Shown one piece after another: positions 9,020 through 17,782 of a DNA stretch of 64,000 nucleotides; the first letter of the stretch is position 1; every line of letters starts with the position of its first letter. The position numbers and the translations under genes are program-made. Source of the stretch: an uncultured Collinsella sp. (lineage in GTDB: Bacteria > Actinomycetota > Coriobacteriia > Coriobacteriales > Coriobacteriaceae); the NCBI GenBank assembly GCA_965147105.1, contig CBCTIZ010000012.1, positions 52 through 64,051 on the forward strand, in the 5' to 3' direction. Under the pieces are notes generated by a model, which had not been told where the DNA came from, did not search any database, and saw only the letters and a program-made list of their open reading frames with translations.

Positions 9020-10468
9020 TTAGCGGCGCTCGAGGACCGCGACAGTCTCGGTGTGGTCGGTATGGGGGAACATGTCGACCGGCGTGATCTTGAGCAGGCG
9101 ATAGCCTCCGTCGAGGAGTTGGTGCAGGTCGCGCTCTTGGGTCACGGGGTTGCAGCTGATATAAGTGATGCGGCGCGGCTTAAGTGCGCAAGCGGCCTCA
9201 AGAAACTCGGGCGTGGAGCCGGCGCGCGGCGGGTCGATGGAAAGGACGTCGACGCGCTCGTTGTTATCGACGGCATCTAGGATGTAGTCGGTGGCGTCGT
9301 CGGCCATAAACCAAGCGCTGCGGGTGAGGCCGTTGAGCTCGGCATTGCGACGTGCGTCGGCAATGCCCGCCGGGTTGCGCTCCACGCCGAGCAGCATAAT
9401 GCCGATGCCCTTGTCCTGGGCGGCTTTGGCTGCACACAGGCCGATAGTTCCGCTACCGCAATAGGCGTCCATGAGCACATCGCCCTGGTGCAAATCCATG
9501 CCGTCAATGGCGAGCTGATAGAGCAGTTCGGTCTGCTGCGGGTTGGTCTGATAAAACGCGGTGGGGGAGATATCGAAGTTGCAGTCGAGCAGCTGATCGC
9601 GCATGCACTCGGCGCCATAGACGATACGAGTCTCCTCACCCAAGATGGCGTTACCGGGACGGCCATTGATATTTTGGGCAACGGTGGCGATATGCGGATC
9701 GAGTGCCGCGACGGCCTCAAAGAACTCCTGCGCATGCGGTAAGTCACGCTGGGCGGTCACGAGCGTAACCATGACCTGGTCGGTACGCCAACCGCAGCGA
9801 ACGATGGCATAGCGAAGCAAGCCAAGATGCTTGTCCTCATTAAAGGCGGGAATATGCAGCCGCTCAGCTTCGCGTGCGATGCCGTTGAGAATCTGACGGG
9901 CACCCGGCGCCTCGACAGGACATTCGGGCACGGCAACGATTCTGTGCGTGCCGCGCTCAAAGAAACCGCAACGGACAGTGCCCTCCTTACCGGGAGCAAA
10001 GGGAGTGGCGGCCTTATGACGAAAGCCACGCGGCGCAGGATATTTACCCGGGTCACCCAGGGTGACGCCCATACCGCGAATAGGATCAACGGCGATACCC
10101 TCACGTTCACAAAGCGAGTCAAAAAGCTCCTCCATAGCAGCCTGCTTGGCCGCCAACTGCTTCTTATAAGGACGATTGAGCGCCGTGCACCCACCGCAAG
10201 ATTTCATGATCGAACAGGGAGACTTGGGGTCCACAGCCTTGCGTGCAGACGAAACCGGATCATTATGCGGGCGCTTGGAGTGAGCCTGGGACGCCTTATC
10301 CCCGCTCCGACGAGAGCCGGGACGCTTGGCCTTAGCCTTGCCCTTGACCGACTTACCCTTCGCATCCTGAGACGACTTTGATTTCTTGGAAGATTTCTCC
10401 TCCTTCAACCCCTCAGCCGCCTCCACCAAAGCACGACGAGCCCTACGCTCCGCACGAGATTCTGCCAT
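9020..10468 (-). CDS. TrmA/RlmD-family 23S rRNA (uracil-C5)-methyltransferase with a basic N-terminal extension
   Basis: Cys cluster CSIMKSCGGC (RumA-type Fe-S ligands), SAM-binding motif DAYCGSGTIG, and a C-terminal catalytic-Cys region YISCNP. The N-terminal ~85 aa are Lys/Arg/Ser-rich. Confidence 0.75.
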   Translation of the reverse strand: MAESRAERRARRALVEAAEGLKEEKSSKKSKSSQDAKGKSVKGKAKAKRPGSRRSGDKASQAHSKRPHNDPVSSARKAVDPKSPCSIMKSCGGCTALNRPYKKQLAAKQAAMEELFDSLCEREGIAVDPIRGMGVTLGDPGKYPAPRGFRHKAATPFAPGKEGTVRCGFFERGTHRIVAVPECPVEAPGARQILNGIAREAERLHIPAFNEDKHLGLLRYAIVRCGWRTDQVMVTLVTAQRDLPHAQEFFEAVAALDPHIATVAQNINGRPGNAILGEETRIVYGAECMRDQLLDCNFDISPTAFYQTNPQQTELLYQLAIDGMDLHQGDVLMDAYCGSGTIGLCAAKAAQDKGIGIMLLGVERNPAGIADARRNAELNGLTRSAWFMADDATDYILDAVDNNERVDVLSIDPPRAGSTPEFLEAACALKPRRITYISCNPVTQERDLHQLLDGGYRLLKITPVDMFPHTDHTETVAVLERR

Positions 10469-10577
10469 GAATTAACCCCACTAATTTATAAATTTAAAGC
10501 CACAAGCATTGTACCGTGCCAAGCCAACAGACGATATGCAAGCGGTTTATTGGTATCAGTGATAGGTACAACGATGA

Positions 10578-10714
10578 TTGCCCGCTGGGCTCCGGGGCGG
10601 GGGTTAAGTTTATCGCGAGTTCCGCACGAACAGGAGGCCACTTAATGTGGCCTCCGTCGTGAGCAGGACTGTAGAGCGGGAAACTTAACCCCCGCCCCGG
10701 AGCCCAGCGGGCAA
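10578..10714 (+). repeat. Long-hairpin element, copy 1 (34-bp perfect arms, 69-nt core)
   Basis: Arm 10578-10611 is the exact reverse complement of 10681-10714. The core contains the inner hairpin GGAGGCCAC-TTAAT-GTGGCCTCC. By hand alignment the core matches the reverse complement of 59717-59785 at 62/69 positions. Confidence 0.9.
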
Positions 10715-10806
10715 ACCCTCCCTTGTACTCCATCTCACTAAAGTGTATGATTCTGAACGTTACATGACTCACTTTACCTAACTAAAGTGCCATCAAGGGG
10801 GATACC

Positions 10807-11667
10807 ATGAATACCGATATGTCTCGTCGTCAGTTTGTTGGTCTAGCCGGCTCGCTTGCCACGGTGCTTGGCCTTGGTCTTGTCGGCTGCGGCGGTGGTG
10901 CCGGCAAGGGCTCCGCTGCCGGTTCTGCCGCAGCCAAGGACGTGAAGGGCGCTGCGGAGTCGAAGAAGCTCGTCGTGGGCTTTGACAAGTCCTATCCTCC
11001 GTATGGCTTTGTAGGCGACGATGGCGAGTACACCGGTTTTGACCTCGACCTTGCCAAGGCCGTTGCCGACAAGCAGGGCTGGGAGGTCAAATACGAGGCC
11101 ATCGACTGGGATGCCAAGGACACGTTACTCAACTCCGGCGCCATCAACTGCATCTGGAACGGCTTTACCATGGAGGGTCGCGAGGACGACTACACGTTCT
11201 CCGAGCCTTACATGCTCAACGAGCAGGTGCTCGTGGTCAAGAAGGACGCGGGTATCAAGAGCTGGGACGATCTTGCCGGCAAGACCGTGATTACCCAGAC
11301 TGATTCCGCCGCACAGGATGTGCTCGAGGGCGACCAGAAGGATCTGGCCGCGACGTTTGCCACGCTCGATACCATCGGTGAGTACAACACGGCGTTTATG
11401 CAGCTCGAGAGTGGCGCGGTCGATGCCGTTGCCTGTGACCTCTCGATCGATCAATATCAGCTTGCCGCCAAGCCCGATGCATATACGCAGCTTGATAAGC
11501 CGCTGTCTAGCGAGCACTACGCCGTTGGCTTTAAGAAGGGCGACACCAAGTCCGCCGATGCCGTGACCGAATCGCTCAAGGCACTCTACGAGGATGGCAC
11601 GGTCAAGGACCTCTGCGATAAATATGCAGATTACGGTCTGTCTTTCGATAATTGGGTGCTCAAGTAA
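10807..11667 (+). CDS. Amino-acid ABC transporter substrate-binding lipoprotein
   Basis: Signal peptide with lipobox LVGCGGG. Family 3 solute-binding protein features (polar amino-acid type). Confidence 0.8.
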   Translation: MNTDMSRRQFVGLAGSLATVLGLGLVGCGGGAGKGSAAGSAAAKDVKGAAESKKLVVGFDKSYPPYGFVGDDGEYTGFDLDLAKAVADKQGWEVKYEAIDWDAKDTLLNSGAINCIWNGFTMEGREDDYTFSEPYMLNEQVLVVKKDAGIKSWDDLAGKTVITQTDSAAQDVLEGDQKDLAATFATLDTIGEYNTAFMQLESGAVDAVACDLSIDQYQLAAKPDAYTQLDKPLSSEHYAVGFKKGDTKSADAVTESLKALYEDGTVKDLCDKYADYGLSFDNWVLK

Positions 11668-12320
11668 TGTCTATTCAGGTCATGATGCAGATGCTTGGCC
11701 AGGGATTCTTGGTCAGCTTGCAGCTGTTTGTGCTGACACTGCTCGGGTCGATTCCGCTGGGAATCCCCGTGGCGTTCATGCGCATGAGCAAAATTGCGCC
11801 GCTTCGCTGGATCGCGCGTATCTACATTTCGGTCATGCGCGGTACGCCGCTCATGCTGCAGATGTTTGCCATCTACTTTGCCCCGTACTACGTGTTTGGC
11901 ATCTCGCTCACGCCCGATTCCAAATGGACGGCATGCGTCGTGGCGTTCATTATCAACTACGCCGGCTACTTTGCCGAGATCTATCGCTCGGGTTTGCAGT
12001 CCATTCCGCGTGGTCAATACGAGGCAGCCGAGGTGCTGGGCTATTCGCGCATGCAGACGTTTCTGTATATCGTGATGCCGCAGGTCGCCAAGCGTATTCT
12101 GCCGGCGATGGGCAACGAGATCATCACGCTGGTCAAGGACACGTCGCTGGCGTTTGCCATTGGCGTGGGCGAGATGTTCTCGACCGCCAAGGCGCTGGTT
12201 GCCTCGCAGGTGAGCATGGTACCGTTTGCGATTGCGGCGCTGATCTACTGGGTTTTCAACTTTGTGGTCGAGATGCTGCTGGGCGCTGCCGAGAAAAAAT
12301 TGGATTACTACCATGATTAA
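11667..12320 (+). CDS. Amino-acid ABC transporter permease
   Basis: His/Glu/Gln/Arg-type permease with the EAA-like loop (...GQYEAAEVLGYSR...). ATG 11667 overlaps the upstream stop (TAATG); the track's TTG at 11652 is less likely. Confidence 0.8.
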   Translation: MSIQVMMQMLGQGFLVSLQLFVLTLLGSIPLGIPVAFMRMSKIAPLRWIARIYISVMRGTPLMLQMFAIYFAPYYVFGISLTPDSKWTACVVAFIINYAGYFAEIYRSGLQSIPRGQYEAAEVLGYSRMQTFLYIVMPQVAKRILPAMGNEIITLVKDTSLAFAIGVGEMFSTAKALVASQVSMVPFAIAALIYWVFNFVVEMLLGAAEKKLDYYHD

Positions 12321-13077
12321 TTCGGTAATGAATATAACGAGCGCGCGCAAGGCGTTTGGCGGCAATGAGGTGCTCAAGGATATCTCGCTCGAGGTAAAGC
12401 GTGGCGAGGTCGTGGCGATTATCGGGCCTTCGGGCGGCGGTAAGTCCACGCTGCTGCGCTGTGCCACGCTGCTCGAGACGCTTGACGGTGGCTCGCTCTC
12501 GTTTGGCGATCTTGCCGTCGCGACGGATGCGGGTTCGGGCGCGGTGTACGCAAAGGGCGATGTACCTAAACAGGCGCGCTCGCGGTTTGGTCTGGTGTTT
12601 CAGAACTACAATCTGTTCCCGCACTATACCGTGATGAAAAACATCACCGATGCACCGATCCGCGTGCTCAAGCGCCCGCGCGAGCAGGCGGAAGCCCGCG
12701 CTCACGAGCTGATTGCGCAAATGGGGCTGACGGGCAACGAGAACAAGGTTCCGTGTGAGCTTTCGGGCGGTCAGCAGCAGCGCGTGAGTATTGCCCGCGC
12801 CCTGGCGCTCGACCCGGAAATCTTGTTCTTTGACGAGCCGACTTCGGCGCTCGATCCCGAGCTGACGGCCGAGGTGCTGCGTGTCATTAAAGACCTTGCT
12901 GCGCAGAATATGACGATGGTGATTGTGACGCACGCGATGCAGTTTGCCCGCGACGTTGCCGACCGCGTGGTCTTTATGGATGGCGGTCGTATTGTCGAGG
13001 AGGGGCCTGCCGAGCAGGTTATCGACCATCCGCGCGGGCAGCGTACCCGTGAGTTCTTGAGCCGTATCGAGGGATAG
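12313..13077 (+). CDS. Amino-acid ABC transporter ATP-binding protein
   Basis: Walker A GPSGGGKST, signature LSGGQQQR, Walker B ILFFDEPTSALD. ATG 12313 overlaps the permease stop by 8 nt. Confidence 0.9.
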   Translation: MINSVMNITSARKAFGGNEVLKDISLEVKRGEVVAIIGPSGGGKSTLLRCATLLETLDGGSLSFGDLAVATDAGSGAVYAKGDVPKQARSRFGLVFQNYNLFPHYTVMKNITDAPIRVLKRPREQAEARAHELIAQMGLTGNENKVPCELSGGQQQRVSIARALALDPEILFFDEPTSALDPELTAEVLRVIKDLAAQNMTMVIVTHAMQFARDVADRVVFMDGGRIVEEGPAEQVIDHPRGQRTREFLSRIEG

Positions 13078-13382
13078 GCTCAGGTATTTGCTCAACTATT
13101 AATTGAGGCGAAACCGCCGCAGGTCTTATGATCTGCGGCGGTTTTTGCATCCGCGGGGTTCAATAATCGCCTCGCAAGCTCGCACCCTCCTCTCGCCGCC
13201 TGTATCCATACGTGCGCCGAAAGGTGTGCATGGACAGTCGCCTGTGAGGGTAGGGTGGTGGCATAGGACATTTGGAGGGTGAGTCGGCTCGGCTGCCGAC
13301 CATGCTGCTCCCGGGACGGCACCGACCGCGAACTCTCCCCGTTGGCGTCGCGCATTGCGCGCGGCCCTGCAAGGAGGTCATC

Positions 13383-15452
13383 ATGGGTGCTCCCAAGACC
13401 GGCAATGTAAGGAACGTGGTGCTCGTAGGCCAAGGCGGGGTGGGCAAGACTTCACTCGCCGAGGCCATGCTCCACCTTTCCGGTAAGACCGCCCGCCTGG
13501 GCGGCCACGACGGCACCAAGCCCACGCTCGACTATGACCCCGAAGAGGTCAAGCGTTCATTCTCCATCTCGACGACCATCGCGCCGATTGATTGGAAGGG
13601 CGCCCGCATCAACGTGCTCGATGCCCCGTGCTACCCCGATTTTATCGGCGACGCCTTTGCCGCGATGAGCGTCTGCGAGACGGCGCTGTTTGTGGTCGAC
13701 GCCGAGGCCGGCCCGCAGCCGACGACGGTTAAGCTCTGGTATGCCGCCGAGGACCTGCGCCTGGCGCGCGCGGTGTTTGTAAACCGCCTGTCGCGTCCCG
13801 AGGCCAGCTTTGCGACCACGATGGACCTGCTGCAGGAGCGCTTTGGCACGCGTCTGGGCGCCGTGACCCTCCCCTGGGGCGAGGGCGAGGACTTTGACGG
13901 CATCATCGACCTGGTGCGCATGAAGGCGCGCCATTGCAACGGCACCGAAGCCGTTGAGTCGGAGATTCCCGAGGAGTATCGTGCCCAGGCCGAGGAAGCC
14001 CATGACCATCTGTGCGAGCTGGTGGCCGAGGCTGACGACGAACTGATGATGAAGTACTTGGAAGGCGAGGAGACGCTGACTCAGAAGGAGCTTGAAGGCC
14101 TGCTGTCGAAAGCGATCGCCGAGCGCATCTTTGTGCCGGTCTTTGCGGGCGATTGCATTAAGGAGCAGGGCGTCAACTCGCTGATGGACGACATCGCAAC
14201 GTACTTCCCGGCGCCGACGGACTACGGCGAGATGCCGCTTATCGACGGCGACTCGCTCAAGATCTCGAGTGACGATGACCGCCCGGTGGCGTTTGTGTTT
14301 AAGACACTGGCCGACCCGCAGCAGGGCCGCATCAGCTTTATCAAGGTGCTGACGGGCACGCTTGAGCCGGGCCTTGAGCTGATCAATGCGCGCACACGCA
14401 AGGGTGAGCGTCTGGCTCACCTGTATGTGATGTGCGGCCGCGACATGACCGAGGTCGGCCACGCTTATGCCGGCGACATCATCGTGGCGCCCAAGCTGGC
14501 GGCCGAGACGGGCGACACACTCTCGATTACCGGCAAGGTCGAGGCCGCGGCGTTTAAGTTCCCCAACTCGCAGTACCGCATAGCCATCGAGGCCGAGAAT
14601 CGCGGCGACGAAGAGAAGCTCTATACGTTTATCGAGAAAGCCTGCAAGGCCGATCCGACCATGAGCATCGATCGCGACGAGGAGACCGGGCAGACTATCA
14701 TCTCCGCCGTGGGTGAGGCGCAGGTTTCGGTGCTGCTCAACCGTTTGGAGGATCGCACCAAGGTCGCTGCCAAGAGCGTGCCGATCCGTATTCCGTATCG
14801 TGAGACCATTCGCCGCACGGCAAGTGCCCAGGGCCGCCACAAGAAGCAGACAGGCGGTGCCGGTCAGTACGGCGACTGCTGGCTGCGCGTTGAGCCGCTC
14901 ATTGGGCCCGACGGCACGAGCGATGGCTATGAGTTTGTGGACGAGGTCGTAGGCGGCCGTATTCCACGTTCGTTGATCCCTGCCGTGGACAAGGGTGTCC
15001 AGGAGACCATGAAGGACGGCATCATTGCCGGCTACCCGCTCACGGGCATTCGCGTGGCTGTGTACGACGGCTCGTATCACAGCGTCGACTCCAACGAGAT
15101 GGCGTTCCGTGCGGCGGCTCGCATCGGCCTGCGCAAGGCATGCGCCGATGCCGACCCGGTGGTGCTGGAGCCCATCGAGGAAATCACGGTGACTATCCCC
15201 GAGAGCTACGCCGGCGCTGTGATGGGCGACATCTCGGCCTCGCGCGGTCGCGTGACGGGTATGGAGACCGATGAGCGCGGCGATACCGTGGTCATTGCTC
15301 AGGCGCCGCTGGCAGAGCTGACGGATTATTCGACGCGCCTACGCTCTATCACGCGCGGCACGGGCGACTTTACCATGAAGCCCGCTGGCTACGAGCAGGT
15401 TCCCTATGACGTTCAGGCCAAGCTCGTGGAGCTGTACAACGCGGGAAGGTAG
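13383..15452 (+). CDS. Elongation factor G paralogue (EF-G2-like) with degenerate GTPase motifs
   Basis: EF-G domain order is recognisable along the whole length. P-loop GQGGVGKT is present, but G3 reads DAPCY (canonical DTPGH) and G4 reads NRLS (canonical NKMD). Start at ATG 13383 with an AGGAGG RBS. Confidence 0.75.
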   Translation: MGAPKTGNVRNVVLVGQGGVGKTSLAEAMLHLSGKTARLGGHDGTKPTLDYDPEEVKRSFSISTTIAPIDWKGARINVLDAPCYPDFIGDAFAAMSVCETALFVVDAEAGPQPTTVKLWYAAEDLRLARAVFVNRLSRPEASFATTMDLLQERFGTRLGAVTLPWGEGEDFDGIIDLVRMKARHCNGTEAVESEIPEEYRAQAEEAHDHLCELVAEADDELMMKYLEGEETLTQKELEGLLSKAIAERIFVPVFAGDCIKEQGVNSLMDDIATYFPAPTDYGEMPLIDGDSLKISSDDDRPVAFVFKTLADPQQGRISFIKVLTGTLEPGLELINARTRKGERLAHLYVMCGRDMTEVGHAYAGDIIVAPKLAAETGDTLSITGKVEAAAFKFPNSQYRIAIEAENRGDEEKLYTFIEKACKADPTMSIDRDEETGQTIISAVGEAQVSVLLNRLEDRTKVAAKSVPIRIPYRETIRRTASAQGRHKKQTGGAGQYGDCWLRVEPLIGPDGTSDGYEFVDEVVGGRIPRSLIPAVDKGVQETMKDGIIAGYPLTGIRVAVYDGSYHSVDSNEMAFRAAARIGLRKACADADPVVLEPIEEITVTIPESYAGAVMGDISASRGRVTGMETDERGDTVVIAQAPLAELTDYSTRLRSITRGTGDFTMKPAGYEQVPYDVQAKLVELYNAGR

Positions 15453-15509
15453 CAAGCCCGCGCGTAACGTCGCGTGACATAACTCCAATTTGGGTTGGGG
15501 ACGGTTGTG

Positions 15510-15549
15510 GCCCGCTCCGGACAAGGTTCCGGAGCGGGCTTTTCTTCTG
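15510..15549 (+). terminator. Intrinsic terminator of the EF-G paralogue
   Basis: GCCCGCTCCGG / CCGGAGCGGGC: an 11-bp stem followed by TTTTCTTCT. Confidence 0.8.
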
Positions 15550-15786
15550 CAACGAGCCGTTTGTCTAACGCTGTATCATTCGGCGTGCGATGCGAGCCGG
15601 GCGCTCGGAGCCTGCCCACCTCCCCGGTGACAAAAGCGGCGTAATCGGGGCACGCGGGTGACTCTTTGGCGTATGAGGGGGCCCGGACGTGCACACCGCG
15701 GGTGACAAAGCGCCCGTTAAGCGGTTTGCCCATACCTCCTAAACTAAAAGGCGTAGAGAAACGACAACAAACGAGAGGAGGCAGAC

Positions 15787-16230
15787 ATGGCACTGTTCGA
15801 TTCGACACACACGCTCGATGCCGTCGACGCCGCCGACCAGAACGCCGTCTTCGAGGCCCTCGCCGCGAAGGCCGTGGAACTGGGCGTCGCCGCCGATGCG
15901 TCCGCTATCGTCTCCGACCTTCATGAGCGCGAGGCCGAGGCTTCTACGGGCTTTGGCAACGGCGTGGCTGTCCCGCATACCAAGAGCGCCAACGTCAGTA
16001 CCCCCGCCATTCTCTTCGCGCACCTGACCGCGCCCGTCGAGTGGCGCGCGCTCGACGACGCTCCCGTCGACACGGTCATCAACATCCTTGTCCCCGAGAG
16101 TGGCAGCGACACCCATCTGCAGCTGCTCGCCAAACTGGCGCGTCGCCTCGTGCACAAGGATTTCGTCGACCATCTCAAGGGCGACTCCATCGAAGACGTG
16201 TGCGCCCTCATCCAGGGCGTCGTCGGATAG
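15787..16230 (+). CDS. PTS EIIA component, fructose/mannitol (type 2) family
   Basis: 147 aa. Phosphorylatable His motif GVAVPHTKS. Confidence 0.8.
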   Translation: MALFDSTHTLDAVDAADQNAVFEALAAKAVELGVAADASAIVSDLHEREAEASTGFGNGVAVPHTKSANVSTPAILFAHLTAPVEWRALDDAPVDTVINILVPESGSDTHLQLLAKLARRLVHKDFVDHLKGDSIEDVCALIQGVVG

Positions 16231-16275
16231 CAGGTAATGTTCAACCCCGTGTGAAAGGAAAGAGGGGAGAAGCAT

Positions 16276-17703
16276 ATGGCAAAGTCAATCGTGGCCGTCA
16301 CCAACTGCCCGGCCGGCATTGCACACACCTACATGGTGGCCGAGGCGATCAAGACGAAGGGCATCGAGCTGGGTTATGAGGTTCACGTCGAGACCCAGGG
16401 TGCCAGCGGCGTCGAGAACAAGCTTACGCCCGAGCAGATCAAGGAGGCCGACTACGTCGTCCTCGCGCTCGGTCGCGGCATGAACGATGACGATCGTGTT
16501 CGCTTCGACGGCAAGAAGGTCGTTGAAGTGCCCGTTTCCGAGGCCCTCAAGCGCATCGACAGCCTTATGGGTAACCTTGAGAGTGAGGCCAAGGTCTTCC
16601 AGGCCTCCGCGGTCAAGCTTGGCGCCAAGCAGGAGAGCGTCACCACCGGCATCATGAGCTACCTCATGGCCGGCGTCTCCGCGGCCCTGCCGTTTGTCAT
16701 CGGCGGCGGCGTGCTCATGGCCATCGGCTCCATCATGGCCCAGTTCGGCGCGCCCAACGTGGCCCCCGGCGACGGCCAGATGGCTTCGCTCGCCTGGGTG
16801 CTCAACACCATCGGCGGCCTGGGATTCACGTTCATGATTCCGATGATGGGCGCCTTTATCGCCAACGCCATCGGCGATAAGCCCGCTATCATGCCCGCCT
16901 TCATCTGCAGCTACCTCGCCAACAGCACCGACTTGCTCGGCACCGAGGTCGGCGCTGGCTTCCTTGGCGCCTGCGTAATTGGCCTTGCAATCGGCTACTT
17001 CGTCAAGGCGATGAAAAAGATCAACCTGGGCAAGAACTTCCAGTCCCTGCTCGGCTTCCTGATCATCCCGGTCGTGACGCTCTTTATCTTTGGCCTGGGC
17101 ACGTACTATATCATCGGCCCGGCCATGTCCTGGCTTATGAACGCCTTCGTCGGCCTGTTGAGCTCTATCCCGAGCTCGATGAAGCTCGTCGCCGCCTTCC
17201 TGGTAGGCGCCATGCTCGCCTTCGACATGGGCGGCCCGGTCAACAAGGCCGCTTGGTTCTTCTCCTTCTCCTTGCTGGGCTCCGGCGTGTACGACTGGTA
17301 CGGCATCGTAGGCGTCGTGACGATCCTTCCGCCGATGGCCGCTGCCATCGCTACCTGGATCCGTCCGAAGCTCTTCACGCAGGCCGAGCGCGACTCCGCA
17401 ATCCCTGCGCTCATTGTCGGCGCAACCGTCGCCACCGAGCCGGCTATCCCCTATGCCCTGGCCGCACCCCTGCCTATGATCTCCGCGAACGTCATCGCCG
17501 GCGGCGTCGCCGGTGCCATCTCCATGGCCCTTGGCGTCCAGCGCATCGCTCCGGGCATCGGCATCTTCGATCCATTCCTGGGCCTCATCTACCCGGCGAC
17601 CAGCTACTACATCGCCGTCGCTGTGGGTCTGGTCCTGAACATCGCCCTCATCATCGTCTTCAAGTCCGCTTGGATGAAGAAGCGCGAGGCTCAGAACGCC
17701 TAA
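16276..17703 (+). CDS. PTS EIIBC component, fructose family
   Basis: N-terminal EIIB-Fru motif AVTNCPAGIAHTYM followed by a polytopic EIIC domain. Confidence 0.85.
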   Translation: MAKSIVAVTNCPAGIAHTYMVAEAIKTKGIELGYEVHVETQGASGVENKLTPEQIKEADYVVLALGRGMNDDDRVRFDGKKVVEVPVSEALKRIDSLMGNLESEAKVFQASAVKLGAKQESVTTGIMSYLMAGVSAALPFVIGGGVLMAIGSIMAQFGAPNVAPGDGQMASLAWVLNTIGGLGFTFMIPMMGAFIANAIGDKPAIMPAFICSYLANSTDLLGTEVGAGFLGACVIGLAIGYFVKAMKKINLGKNFQSLLGFLIIPVVTLFIFGLGTYYIIGPAMSWLMNAFVGLLSSIPSSMKLVAAFLVGAMLAFDMGGPVNKAAWFFSFSLLGSGVYDWYGIVGVVTILPPMAAAIATWIRPKLFTQAERDSAIPALIVGATVATEPAIPYALAAPLPMISANVIAGGVAGAISMALGVQRIAPGIGIFDPFLGLIYPATSYYIAVAVGLVLNIALIIVFKSAWMKKREAQNA

Positions 17704-17782
17704 GTCTCGATAGAATAATTAGTCCTGCGGGGTCGCCGGTCTGTTCGGCGGCTCCGCAGGTTTCAATGAAAGGAATGGGGAA

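Noticed and set aside
10494-10772. 92-aa minus-strand ORF across the 10.6-kb hairpin element
   Set aside because: It reads through both arms of a perfect palindrome, and there is no RBS or family resemblance.
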